IMG/VR virus record: IMGVR_UViG_3300031565_000032
Direction: 5' to 3' (one strand)
DNA length: 59,057 bases
Origin: a virus
In this document: one piece after another, positions 39,865-49,080 of the stretch
Layout of the letters: the number at the start of each line of letters is the position of its first letter
Position numbering within the stretch: position 1 is the stretch's first letter
Position numbers and translations under genes: made by a program
The notes under the pieces: generated by a model
What the model was told of the DNA's origin: nothing
Seen by the model: only the letters and a program-made list of their open reading frames with translations
Databases searched by the model: none

Positions 39865-40515
39865 CTAAAGAAGTGGTAGGGGAAAGGTTTTAGAGTTATG
39901 GCTAGTATGGCAAACACAACAAAGCGTAATGAGATTATGCAATTTATTGGCTTGTTCCCAATCCCCATTAAATTCCCGAAAGGGAATGATGTGGTGAACA
40001 TCAAGTCTGACTTGCCTTGTCTTTTTGTGGCAATGTTGGCAATGATAGTCATCTCTCTTAAGGGCAAGTTTACGATGGCTAGGCCAAGTAGGGCCATAAT
40101 AAGGCTCATATCCACCTTTATAACCTGGATGGTTTTCTGGCTTCATTCTAATAAATTTATACCAGCAATTCAGCGAGCAAAAACGTGCGATACGTTTTCT
40201 AGAGTAAGCATGACGGGATACCTCGAATTCCTCACCACAGAATTCACAGATATTTATAATCAATGGTTTTCTAAGTTTCAGAACAGGCTTACCAATTTTT
40301 GCTTTACTTATATGTCGCCCCCATTTAACAGAGTGAGGGAGAAGACGCCCTTTATAACGGATAGCCTTACATTTTGTAGAGCAAGTAGCATATTTCCCGA
40401 TTGCCGAAGGATAAACATAAAACGATTTTCCGCATACAGAACATATTTGGTTAATACCTTTAAGTGCTTTGCCCTTACCTCTCATAATACTAATTATAGC
40501 ATACGAGTCATACAT
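39865..40515 (-). CDS. HNH endonuclease (216 aa from ATG 40515; the track's TTG start is 40521)
   Basis: DDYHCQHCHKKTRQVRLDVHHIIPFREF....NLITLCCVCH, plus repeated Zn pairs (CSVCGK..CSTKC; CEFCGE..CSLNC). Confidence 0.8.
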   Translation of the reverse strand: MYDSYAIISIMRGKGKALKGINQICSVCGKSFYVYPSAIGKYATCSTKCKAIRYKGRLLPHSVKWGRHISKAKIGKPVLKLRKPLIINICEFCGEEFEVSRHAYSRKRIARFCSLNCWYKFIRMKPENHPGYKGGYEPYYGPTWPSHRKLALKRDDYHCQHCHKKTRQVRLDVHHIIPFREFNGDWEQANKLHNLITLCCVCHTSHNSKTFPLPLL

Positions 40516-40521
40516 TAGCAA

Positions 40522-40527
40522 ATTATA
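40522..40527 (-). promoter_or_regulatory. TATAAT box 6 nt upstream of the HNH ATG (leaderless geometry)
   Basis: Minus strand TATAAT-TTGCTA-ATG. The -35 is weak (TTTAAA at 16 nt). Confidence 0.35.
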
Positions 40528-40548
40528 ATCCTATTGGAGGAAATTTAA

Positions 40549-42342
40549 ATGGCAGATGCAGCCAAGCTTGCTATATCCATATCGGCAGATGACAAGGCAA
40601 GTGCTGTAATGGGTCGTCTGCAAAATAGTTTGGGCGGTCTTAGGAAGGCTGGCATGGCTATGACAGCCGCTGGTGGGGCAATTGTAGGAATCTTTGGCAT
40701 GGCTGGCAAATCTGCTGCTGAATTTGAGGGCGGGATGCGAGAAGTAAACTCCATGATGGGGTTAGGGCAAGCTGAATTTCAAGCTATGTCTGACCAAGTA
40801 TTAGACTTATCCAAAGATATAGGGGTGGACGCCGTTGCTTCAACCAAGGCATTATATCAAGCTATTTCCGCTGGTATGCCAAAAGAGAATGTTGTTGATT
40901 TTATGGCAATAGCCACTAAAGCTGCTATTGCCGGTGTGACTGAAACTGAAGTTGCCGTTGATGGTCTAACCACTGTAATGAACGCCTTTAAACTCCCGAT
41001 GAGCGATGCCCAGAAAGTGGCCGACATTATGTTTACCACTGTCAAGGGTGGTAAAACCACATTAGAAGAGTTGGCGGCTTCAATGTTTAATGTTGCGCCT
41101 ATCGCTGCTTCTGCGGGGGTAGAGTTTGGAGTTGTATCGGCAGCATTGGCTACCATGACGAAGCAAGGTGTTCCTACAGCACAAGCTACAACCCAACTCA
41201 GGCAAGCAATGGTAGCATTAATGAAACCAACTGTAGATATGGCAACGATAGTAGATAAGTTGGGCTATGCTTCAAGCAGAGCAATGCTTGACGAACTTGG
41301 CCTCGCTAAAACACTGGATACTCTCCGAGAAGCAACTGGTGGCAGCGATGAAATGCTTATGAAGATGTTTGGCTCCGTAGAGGCTGGTTCAGCAGTATTA
41401 GCATTAACAGGGAAGAATGCTGAAATGTTTGCGGCTGATTTAGTAGCTATCAAATCGGCAACAAAGGGGGCGGGCGCAGCCACCGATGCCTTTAATGAAA
41501 TTAACAAGGGTGCAGGGCGACAGTTTGAGGCAATGAAAGAGAAGATGAAAGGTGTGCTAATTTCCCTGGGGCAGCAATTCATCCCACTGGTCACAACACT
41601 CGCCACTAAAATTTCCGGGGTGGTTGAGAAAATTATAGCATGGATGAAAGAAAATCCCCAATTAGCCAAGATGATTACTTTAGTTGCTGGCGCAATTGGG
41701 GTGTTGATGCTAGCCCTCGGCCCGCTTTTAGTTGTGTTGCCTGGTATTGTTGCCGCCCTCCCAGTTCTAGGGGCTGCCTTTGCTGCTATAACGGGTCCGA
41801 TAGGGATTGTGGTTGGAGCGATAGCAGGATTGGTTGCTATAGGTGTATTAGTTTACAAAAACTGGGATACGATTAAGGCAAAGACTGTTGAAATATGGGA
41901 AAGTATTGTTGATTTCTTCAAAGGGATTCCGGAGAAAATAGGGGCTGCATTCTCTACAGTAAAAGATATTATTTTATCACCTTTCAGGGCTGCGTGGACT
42001 GGTATTGGTATTGGCCTAAACTGGCTGATAAACCAGATAAACAAAATCAAGTTTACTTTTCCTGATTGGATTCCAGGTATTGGGGGTAAAGGATGGGAAG
42101 GGTTTAATATCCCTGCGGTAGAATTACCCTCATTCAAAAACGGAGGTATAGTCCCTGGCATGATAGGGCAACCAGTTCCGATTCTAGCACATGGTGGTGA
42201 ACGGGTTAGCTCCAATGGTGGCGGTACGCCTGTTTTCAATATCTATGTCGCAGGTTCTATATTAACCGAGAGAGATTTAAGGGACACATTAAGAGAAGCA
42301 TTTATCGACATTAAGTTAGCGAATACTACAACAGGATTTTAA
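40549..42342 (+). CDS. Tail tape measure protein (TP901-type core), 597 aa
   Basis: MREVNSMMGLGQAEFQAMSDQVLDLSKDIGV...ALYQAISAG; Ala/Gly-rich with C-terminal hydrophobic segments. Follows the chaperone genes. Confidence 0.9.
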   Translation: MADAAKLAISISADDKASAVMGRLQNSLGGLRKAGMAMTAAGGAIVGIFGMAGKSAAEFEGGMREVNSMMGLGQAEFQAMSDQVLDLSKDIGVDAVASTKALYQAISAGMPKENVVDFMAIATKAAIAGVTETEVAVDGLTTVMNAFKLPMSDAQKVADIMFTTVKGGKTTLEELAASMFNVAPIAASAGVEFGVVSAALATMTKQGVPTAQATTQLRQAMVALMKPTVDMATIVDKLGYASSRAMLDELGLAKTLDTLREATGGSDEMLMKMFGSVEAGSAVLALTGKNAEMFAADLVAIKSATKGAGAATDAFNEINKGAGRQFEAMKEKMKGVLISLGQQFIPLVTTLATKISGVVEKIIAWMKENPQLAKMITLVAGAIGVLMLALGPLLVVLPGIVAALPVLGAAFAAITGPIGIVVGAIAGLVAIGVLVYKNWDTIKAKTVEIWESIVDFFKGIPEKIGAAFSTVKDIILSPFRAAWTGIGIGLNWLINQINKIKFTFPDWIPGIGGKGWEGFNIPAVELPSFKNGGIVPGMIGQPVPILAHGGERVSSNGGGTPVFNIYVAGSILTERDLRDTLREAFIDIKLANTTTGF

Positions 42343-42344
42343 TT

Positions 42345-42890
42345 ATGGCTACTTTAACTTTAAGACCTAATGATACGGGGAGTGAGACAAGCATTTCTTA
42401 CCAATATCCTAACTCAACTTATCATTGGGATAAAGTAGATGATGTAACTCCAGATGAAGACTCAACCTGTGTTTACAATGTCCTTGTTACGTCATATCAG
42501 AGAGACTTGTATAACCTTCCCGTTTCCGGTGGCTCTGGGGCAATCGAGTTCATCAGGGTTTATTTCCGATGTTACGACCCTGAGAAAGTGAGTTATGCCA
42601 AAGCGTCTATAAAGAGTGGCTCAACGGTAACTGACGGTACGGAACAATCTATTACTGACACCTGGACTACTTATTCGGAAAGATGGGATATTAACCCCGA
42701 TACAAGTATAGCATGGACGTGGGTGGACATAGATGCCCTACAGATTGGCGTGTCTCTTAAAAAAGCTGAGAGTGGTGCTGCATTTTGCACTCAGGTCTAT
42801 GTTGAAATTGTTACAATGGAAGGACATTTAATGCGTGATACACACAGTGGGTCATACTATTATAGAGGTGCAGGGCCTACAAGGTCCTGA
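42345..42890 (+). CDS. Tail-tip module protein sharing a domain with the C-terminus of 43394..46162 (181 aa)
   Basis: LRPNDTGSETS...HWDKVDDVTPDEDSTCVY...IAWTWVDIDALQIGVSLK compared with IRPNAAGDSTQ...CVNDSTADDATTYV...LAWTWAEIAALQVGCTLG. Confidence 0.7.
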   Translation: MATLTLRPNDTGSETSISYQYPNSTYHWDKVDDVTPDEDSTCVYNVLVTSYQRDLYNLPVSGGSGAIEFIRVYFRCYDPEKVSYAKASIKSGSTVTDGTEQSITDTWTTYSERWDINPDTSIAWTWVDIDALQIGVSLKKAESGAAFCTQVYVEIVTMEGHLMRDTHSGSYYYRGAGPTRS

Positions 42891-42931
42891 ACGTGAAGGA
42901 CAACTAATACAAAATTCTAAGGAGGTTTAAC

Positions 42932-43354
42932 ATGTCAGCCGGAAGTTGGCTTTTTACTAACACAGGGAGAACAAGTCTGATAAATGGAACATTTGATGTA
43001 GATACAGATGCTTTCAAGATGGCATTGTTCACAAGTTCCTCAGACATAGGGGCAGCCACAGCATCCTATCCAGCGAGCAATGAAGTTGCACAGGCTAATG
43101 GATATCTCACAGGTGGGGTATCTGTTGATTTAATTCTAACAGGTACTACCGCTGTAAAGTGTGATGTGAGCACTGACCCAATATGGACGGCAAGCGGGGG
43201 TTCACTTGTAGCACGTTGGGGAGCACTTTACGAAGTGAGTGGTAATGTACTTTGCTACGCCTTACTTGATTCAGCATCAGCCGATGTCACCGCTACTGAT
43301 GGGAATACCCTGACTGTTGCGACTCATGCGAATGGCGTGTTCACTTTGTCCTAA
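42932..43354 (+). CDS. Hypothetical tail-module protein (140 aa)
   Basis: TAAGGAGGTTTAAC then ATG. Confidence 0.7.
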   Translation: MSAGSWLFTNTGRTSLINGTFDVDTDAFKMALFTSSSDIGAATASYPASNEVAQANGYLTGGVSVDLILTGTTAVKCDVSTDPIWTASGGSLVARWGALYEVSGNVLCYALLDSASADVTATDGNTLTVATHANGVFTLS

Positions 43355-43393
43355 GCAAAGGCCCAATCCTATGAAATGTAAAGACTGTCTTAT

Positions 43394-46162
43394 ATGGCAT
43401 ACTTAGCTAACTGGTCTTATCGTAAAGCGATTGTCGTAGCGCATACCGATGATGGAGCACAGGCCAATTACCAGCTTAAACTATTAGTAGGTGAATCATC
43501 GGGAGCAACTGGCGAGCAGGTTGACTGCGGGGGTAAGGTTGCCTCAGACTTTGACGACCTTCGCTTTACTGCTGATGATGGCACAACCCTGCTAGACTAT
43601 TGGATTGAAAGCATTACAGGTGCTTCGCCTAACGGTCTAGCCACTGTCTGGGTTGAAGTACCTTCTATCGCTGCACACCCTGACGATACCACTATCTATA
43701 TGTACTACGGCGGCACTGAAACAGCAGTTACATCTGGGGCAAATACATTCATAGTCTTTGACAACTTTGAGCGTGGCAATGACGGCGATACAGTAGGTGG
43801 TGATTGGACAGAGATATCTGCTCATGTCCATATCTCTACCGAACAAGATATCGGGGATGTTGCTGGATATACTGGCACACGGTCAGCTAAGTTTATAGGT
43901 TCAGACCCATCCCCGCAAGCAACTATTCCTGTCACCTTTAGTGCTAAAAATGCCATACGATTTAGGTATTATAAAGAGACTGCGCCTGTAATATATTTCT
44001 ACCATCAGGCTGGGGCAGGAAGTTATTTGAGGATTACCCAGTTTGATGCAGCAGAAGACATATTCGTCTATGATGGTGCATCTTATGTTGATACTACCTT
44101 GAATTGTCTTGCAGATACATGGGGATATTGTGAGATATACAACTTTGCCGCTAACACCATTGACCTTAATGTGGATGAGAATGTAAAAACTGGTTGCGAT
44201 ATTACAAATACATTTGATTATGCTATTAACGTATTTAAGGTTCTTGGAGACCTTGTTGCAACAAGGGATACATGGATTGATGATTTTATAGTCCGCAACT
44301 GGACTGCCAATGAGCCGACATGGGGGAGTTTTGGTGGAGAAGAAGTCGTAGTAACCCCTGACACTTTGAAACTTACCCTCACCACCTATGCCCTGGATGT
44401 CGGCATTGATTTCGTGGTAACCCCCTCAACTCTGGCACTTACCTTAATAACTTATGCATTGGAAGTTTATGTTATAAATGGTTCTACTTTCCCTTATAAA
44501 TTCCCTATAACATTTCAACTGGATAACTGTGAAGTAAGAATAGGATTTGATTCTGACCCGATGGATGCCACCCAGACTTGGACTGATGTATCCAGAGATG
44601 TTCAAACAATTTCTATTAACAGGGGTAGACAGCATGAATTGGATAGGTTTGAGGCAGGCGAGGCGATTATTGTTCTAAGGGATACTTCTTATTGGTTCTG
44701 GCCTGACAATACGCAAGGTGCTTATTACGATAACGTAAAGATAGGTAAAGCCGTCAACATAAACCGTACTCACGAAGGTGTACTTTACCATTTATATACA
44801 GGATACATAACATCAATAACCCCTGGGTGGACAGGACAACCTAATATCGGACCTAACGTGACAATCAGGTGCGGAGATTTTATCAATAATCTATCTCACA
44901 CTTTACTTAACGATGCTTCAGGATACGACCAGGAGTTAAGCGGTACTAGAGTAGGGAACGTCCTTAGTGATGCTTCATTCCCTTCAGGGGATATAGATGC
45001 AGATGTAGGGCAGGAAAATATGATATCTTCCGGGGCGTTAGCTAATGTAAATGCCCAGACCCATTTACTAAGCGTCATGGAATCTGAAATAGGGGCTTTC
45101 TACATGGCTGCTGATGGAGACGCACAGTTTGAAGATAGGTCTCACAGAAACGCCTCCCCCCATGATACCGCGCAGTCCATTTTTGGTGACGACTCCGGTG
45201 AGATGCAATACACTGACGTTTCATTCACTATGGATAACAAGTTCCTCTATAATGAGATTAGATTAAACCGATCCGGTGGTACTGAGCAGACAGCCTCCGA
45301 TGCTACATCACAAACAACCTATGGCACAAGGACACTATCTAAAACAGGTCTATTATTAACTTCCGATGTGATAGTTGATATCTATTGTGATTTCTACCTT
45401 TCAAGATATAAAGACCAGGGTAATGTAATGAGGCTTAGAAGTATCATTATCAACCCTCAAAGCGACCCTGATAATCTATGGCCGAAGGTTTTAGGTTATG
45501 AGATTTCTACCAGAATTACCATTAGATTGAACTCAGGGTATGTTGATGGTGATTACTTTATAGAGGGTATCCAGCATACCTACGATAATCAAACAAAACT
45601 ATGGACTACCAAGTGGATGCTAAGTGACGCTACCAGTTACTACCCCGCTCAGAGTCCTTTAGAGGAAACTATAAGGCCAAACGCTGCGGGAGATTCTACA
45701 CAATGCCTTGCTGTCGGGACTTCGCCAAACTGGGAATGTGTCAATGATTCTACGGCGGATGATGCTACAACATACGTTAGAGGGCAAAACGAGACTGGCA
45801 CTGTCGCATGGTACAAAGACCTCTACAATATGGGGGTTACTAATTATTCTTCGGGAACTATAAATAGTGTTAAATTCTATACACGATATAAGCATGATAA
45901 CGCACCAACATATGTCCCATTGATAGTCAAAACGAATGGCACAGAGTACACACCGCTAGGAACAAAGGCAGCGGGTCTACCCACGATAAACTGGACAACA
46001 GAGAATTATACATATACCACTAACCCAAAAACAGGTTTAGCCTGGACGTGGGCTGAAATAGCAGCTTTACAGGTGGGTTGTACACTAGGGACAGGTTCGA
46101 TTAGTGGTTATAACTATGTCACTCAGCAATATGCAGTAGTAAATTACACACCTACATGGTAA
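43394..46162 (+). CDS. Large multi-domain tail tip / receptor-binding protein (922 aa): DUF2341-like/lectin-like N-terminus, Dit-like (siphovirus tail) central part, and the C-terminal domain shared with 42345
   Basis: NWSYRKAIVV...NYQLKLLV...DFDDLRFTADDGTTLLDYWIE (DUF2341-type). RGRQHELDRFEAGEAIIVLRD (phage-tail-family type). Confidence 0.75.
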   Translation: MAYLANWSYRKAIVVAHTDDGAQANYQLKLLVGESSGATGEQVDCGGKVASDFDDLRFTADDGTTLLDYWIESITGASPNGLATVWVEVPSIAAHPDDTTIYMYYGGTETAVTSGANTFIVFDNFERGNDGDTVGGDWTEISAHVHISTEQDIGDVAGYTGTRSAKFIGSDPSPQATIPVTFSAKNAIRFRYYKETAPVIYFYHQAGAGSYLRITQFDAAEDIFVYDGASYVDTTLNCLADTWGYCEIYNFAANTIDLNVDENVKTGCDITNTFDYAINVFKVLGDLVATRDTWIDDFIVRNWTANEPTWGSFGGEEVVVTPDTLKLTLTTYALDVGIDFVVTPSTLALTLITYALEVYVINGSTFPYKFPITFQLDNCEVRIGFDSDPMDATQTWTDVSRDVQTISINRGRQHELDRFEAGEAIIVLRDTSYWFWPDNTQGAYYDNVKIGKAVNINRTHEGVLYHLYTGYITSITPGWTGQPNIGPNVTIRCGDFINNLSHTLLNDASGYDQELSGTRVGNVLSDASFPSGDIDADVGQENMISSGALANVNAQTHLLSVMESEIGAFYMAADGDAQFEDRSHRNASPHDTAQSIFGDDSGEMQYTDVSFTMDNKFLYNEIRLNRSGGTEQTASDATSQTTYGTRTLSKTGLLLTSDVIVDIYCDFYLSRYKDQGNVMRLRSIIINPQSDPDNLWPKVLGYEISTRITIRLNSGYVDGDYFIEGIQHTYDNQTKLWTTKWMLSDATSYYPAQSPLEETIRPNAAGDSTQCLAVGTSPNWECVNDSTADDATTYVRGQNETGTVAWYKDLYNMGVTNYSSGTINSVKFYTRYKHDNAPTYVPLIVKTNGTEYTPLGTKAAGLPTINWTTENYTYTTNPKTGLAWTWAEIAALQVGCTLGTGSISGYNYVTQQYAVVNYTPTW

Positions 46163-46171
46163 GGAGTTAAA

Positions 46172-46711
46172 ATGGCCAATTCATTTGTTATTGGAGAAAT
46201 CAGACGTGGATATGAGATAGGCAAACTAGACCAGCGGCGAGGTTATATTTGGCAATCATGTGAAATTTGCGAAACTCTCAATTGGGCTAGAATTCATAAA
46301 GGAAAGCCCTATTCCAAAAGATGTATGAAATGCGCCAATCGTGAAAGGTTAATAGGCAAAAAGAGAGAGCAATCTATCGCTTGGAATGGGGGCAAATCTC
46401 GTAGTGGAGGTTATGTAAAAGTACTAATGCCCGAAAACCCCCGTGCTGATGTAAAAGGATATATGTTTGAGCATATCTATGTATGGGAAACTATTCACCA
46501 AATGCCCGTGCCTGATGGTTATGTTATACATCATTTGAATGGTATTAAAAGTGATAATCGCCCTAAAAATCTATGCGCCATGAAAAAAAGTTTACATATA
46601 GGTCAGACCCAACCGTACAAAAAGAAAATAAGGGAATTGGAAGTAGAAATTAAATTACTACGGAATGCTCTAGAAAACAATCAAATGATTTTCAATATAG
46701 GAGAGAATTAA
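46172..46711 (+). CDS. HNH homing endonuclease (179 aa)
   Basis: CEICE...CMKCAN Zn pair; GYMFEHIYVWE...VIHHLNGIKSDNRPKNLCAM. Confidence 0.8.
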   Translation: MANSFVIGEIRRGYEIGKLDQRRGYIWQSCEICETLNWARIHKGKPYSKRCMKCANRERLIGKKREQSIAWNGGKSRSGGYVKVLMPENPRADVKGYMFEHIYVWETIHQMPVPDGYVIHHLNGIKSDNRPKNLCAMKKSLHIGQTQPYKKKIRELEVEIKLLRNALENNQMIFNIGEN

Positions 46712-46712
46712 T

Positions 46713-47123
46713 ATGAGCAATTCTTTAGCGCATACTACTCAGGGGACGACCCTAACTCAAGCGGAATATGAGGGGACTTCGGGGACTCATATAGTATCAA
46801 TCGAGCACCACACCGCTAGTGATACACTTACAAAAGAAGAAACACTTTCGTTTCATACCAATCTAGGGGCTACCGCTTCTGTATCTTTAGCTTTACCACA
46901 GGATGCTGCAACAGGGTGTTTGTTTTCGTTTAGCGTGATGGCAAGTTTTGGATTAATAATAGACCCTGGCGCAGCCGGCGGGATTTATATAAATGGAGCA
47001 AAGCAGGGAGATGATGCCCATATCTGGGCGGATGCTATAGGAGAGTCCATAACGCTAGTCAATGATGGTAATGGAGATTGGGCTTCCCTATTCATGAGTG
47101 GAACTTGGGGTGTAGTAAGTTAG
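46713..47123 (+). CDS. Hypothetical protein (136 aa)
   Basis: ORF track; coupled to the upstream stop. Confidence 0.65.
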   Translation: MSNSLAHTTQGTTLTQAEYEGTSGTHIVSIEHHTASDTLTKEETLSFHTNLGATASVSLALPQDAATGCLFSFSVMASFGLIIDPGAAGGIYINGAKQGDDAHIWADAIGESITLVNDGNGDWASLFMSGTWGVVS

Positions 47124-47131
47124 GAGTTGAT

Positions 47132-47374
47132 ATGAATAAATTAACACCAGCGAAAAGAGACCAATATTTAATAGAACTTTATACTGCTGTTTTAGGAGTA
47201 CCGGGTACGGATGATAAAGGTATGGCTGGCGATATTAAGGAGTTAGAAAAACATACCAAAAGACAAAACGGCAGGATTTCAAAGAATACAATTTACATCG
47301 TAGCTTTATTCGGACTCATGGCTGGTCTGGGTCTATTGGAAGGTACTGGGATTATACATCTCTTTGGAGTTTAA
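47132..47374 (+). CDS. Small protein with a C-terminal transmembrane helix (XhlA/holin-like topology), 80 aa
   Basis: TAGGAGTTGAT then ATG; ...KELEKHTKRQNGRISKNTIYIVALFGLMAGLGLL. Confidence 0.55.
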   Translation: MNKLTPAKRDQYLIELYTAVLGVPGTDDKGMAGDIKELEKHTKRQNGRISKNTIYIVALFGLMAGLGLLEGTGIIHLFGV

Positions 47375-47380
47375 CTATGA

Positions 47381-47542
47381 GTGAGTGTCCCCGTAGTCTG
47401 CCCTATTTGCTATCAGAAAAACCCTTTTAGATACAAGACTGAAGATGATAGATTCAGATATTGGGAGTGCCGTTTTTGCGGACACATAGAGATACAACGT
47501 CTTGTTAATAAGGATGATTTAGATACTGAGTGGGATGTTTAG
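47381..47542 (+). CDS. Possible zinc-ribbon protein (53 aa, GTG start)
   Basis: VSVPVVCPICYQKNPFRYKTEDDRFRYWECRFCGHIEIQRLVNKDDLDTEWDV. Confidence 0.35.
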   Translation: MSVPVVCPICYQKNPFRYKTEDDRFRYWECRFCGHIEIQRLVNKDDLDTEWDV

Positions 47543-47802
47543 TCCCCTCTTATACTACCAGCAATTCGATTCCCTAATACATCCACCCCGGCACCAGCTA
47601 CAAAGGCGATTACTATGTCCATTATTGATACCGCCCCTGCCAACTGATAACCTACGGCAAAGACACCACCTGCTACTAAAGCACGTATTACGGAAGAAGC
47701 AAACTTACGCCCTACAAATGGTTCGCCTGAATCAAGCCACCCCATAATAGCTGCTGCCAATCCCCCACCACATGCTGCCAATGCTACATAAAGAATCCCC
47801 AT
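47539..47802 (-). CDS. Small multi-pass membrane protein, holin candidate (87 aa)
   Basis: Three Gly/Ala-rich hydrophobic segments. Last gene of the minus arm, coupled (TAAAATG) to 47804..48268. Confidence 0.6.
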   Translation of the reverse strand: MGILYVALAACGGGLAAAIMGWLDSGEPFVGRKFASSVIRALVAGGVFAVGYQLAGAVSIMDIVIAFVAGAGVDVLGNRIAGSIRGD

Positions 47803-47803
47803 T

Positions 47804-48268
47804 TTACCCTCCTATAAACCTTATTACTGACCCTTGCTTTGATTCAAGTTCTGTTTGTATTTTATTTGTCTGAGGCTCTACGAAATAGAAATCTCCCAGG
47901 TAGTCTATAAAGCCGTTCAATGCGTGTAGATTAGTCCACAATATGAAGAACGGAATAGCCGACCAGGGGGGGATTGTTATATTACCTTTCAGTCTCCATG
48001 CGAAATCATCGCAGTCAAAACTCTCCCCTATGTACTTTAATTTGTTCGTAGTATCCCAATTCAGGAATCTTTTTATATCCTCTACGGTGCAGGTTTTGTA
48101 ATAATAGTCAGGTAGATATAACGGAGCATCAGGGAACTTATCTATCAGAATAGAACTGAGTTCATTTATATCCATATCCCCCTTATAAACTAAAGAGGGT
48201 GGTGTAATCTGCGCTTCCAGTTCTTTAATTCTCTGCTTACATCTTGCCAGTTCAATGATAATTCCCAT
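47804..48268 (-). CDS. Hypothetical protein with a papain/transglutaminase-like Cys...His...acidic pattern; endolysin (endopeptidase) candidate (154 aa)
   Basis: FDCDDFAWRLKG ... NLHALNGFID ... FVEPQ; adjacent to the holin-like gene. No canonical lysozyme or amidase was seen elsewhere. Confidence 0.4.
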   Translation of the reverse strand: MGIIIELARCKQRIKELEAQITPPSLVYKGDMDINELSSILIDKFPDAPLYLPDYYYKTCTVEDIKRFLNWDTTNKLKYIGESFDCDDFAWRLKGNITIPPWSAIPFFILWTNLHALNGFIDYLGDFYFVEPQTNKIQTELESKQGSVIRFIGG

Positions 48269-48355
48269 TTATCTCCTCCATCTATGCATAAAATCACAGA
48301 ACATAGCGCATATCATCATTTCACAAAGCAAAAATATTGAATCAAACCACGTCAT
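48269..48355 (-). CDS. Possible 28-aa hydrophobic peptide
   Basis: MTWFDSIFLLCEMMICAMFCDFMHRWRR; exactly fills the gap between two genes (TAA-A-ATG and TAA-ATG junctions). Confidence 0.4.
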   Translation of the reverse strand: MTWFDSIFLLCEMMICAMFCDFMHRWRR

Positions 48356-48544
48356 TTAATATCCTTTAATATAGTTCTTTTCAATGATTTCGTGCAGCAA
48401 ATCGTAATCCTTGTAGTTTATAACAAAATAACCCTTTTTAGATTTAAACAATAATGTCATATTCTCTATATTATCACCGTCAACCTCAATCAGAACGTCA
48501 GTGATTTTACTATCTTCGCCATATGCTTCCCAAACGTAGTTCAT
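48356..48544 (-). CDS. Hypothetical protein (62 aa)
   Basis: ORF track; AAGGAGGTAAA then ATG. Confidence 0.65.
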   Translation of the reverse strand: MNYVWEAYGEDSKITDVLIEVDGDNIENMTLLFKSKKGYFVINYKDYDLLHEIIEKNYIKGY

Positions 48545-48572
48545 TTTACCTCCTTAATAGTTTTTATAGTAA

Positions 48573-48764
48573 TCATTTAATATCCTTTACACAGTAATCA
48601 TCAATTAAAAGATAGGTTTTATAGTATAGTTCTTCAATGGCCGTAGGGATTAAATCGTGGCGGTTGTGTTCAAAAGCCAACAATGCAAGGTCTAGTATAT
48701 TACGAGCAGAGCACAGTCTCTCCTCAAGGTCGTTGTCTAATTCCTCTGGCTCTTCGTCTTTCAT
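48573..48764 (-). CDS. Hypothetical acidic protein (63 aa)
   Basis: ORF track; 4-nt overlap upstream. Confidence 0.6.
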   Translation of the reverse strand: MKDEEPEELDNDLEERLCSARNILDLALLAFEHNRHDLIPTAIEELYYKTYLLIDDYCVKDIK

Positions 48765-49018
48765 TTCTTCCTCGCCCCCAATCTCTTAGTCTTTAATTTA
48801 AGAACTTTCTCCATAGCTACTATTGCTCTATCTAAGGCTTCGGAGTTATTTTTATCTATTAAATTTATACTATCTTCCGTTGCTTCCTCTAAGATTAACT
48901 TAGGGCATGGTACAAAGTAACAGGGGCAACTTTTACTGCAGGTAGTGTTCGTACCAAAAAGCTGCTTCGCTAACTCGCAATAAGCTGGTGTGTATTCGTC
49001 ATCAAACTTCTTAGCCAT
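48761..49018 (-). CDS. Hypothetical protein (85 aa)
   Basis: ORF track. Confidence 0.6.
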   Translation of the reverse strand: MAKKFDDEYTPAYCELAKQLFGTNTTCSKSCPCYFVPCPKLILEEATEDSINLIDKNNSEALDRAIVAMEKVLKLKTKRLGARKK

Positions 49019-49080
49019 AACTCTTTACCAGAGGGCATGCTTTAAAGTTGTAAGTTTGTTTCATATCAGAGCCTTAAACT

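Noticed and set aside
39898-40518. ORF 39898..40518 (+), 206 aa, and ORF 39849..40115 (-).
   Set aside because: The first is antisense to, and the second an alternate frame of, the minus-strand ORF. That ORF carries an unambiguous HNH motif and Zn pairs, so these are shadow ORFs.
40545-42239. Minus-strand ORFs inside the tape-measure gene (40545..40754, 40857..41156, 41265..41669, 41853..42239) and the plus alternate frame 41640..41876.
   Set aside because: These are Ala/Ser/Pro-rich shadow frames of a GC-skewed, Ala/Gly-rich gene. They have no RBS or independent support.
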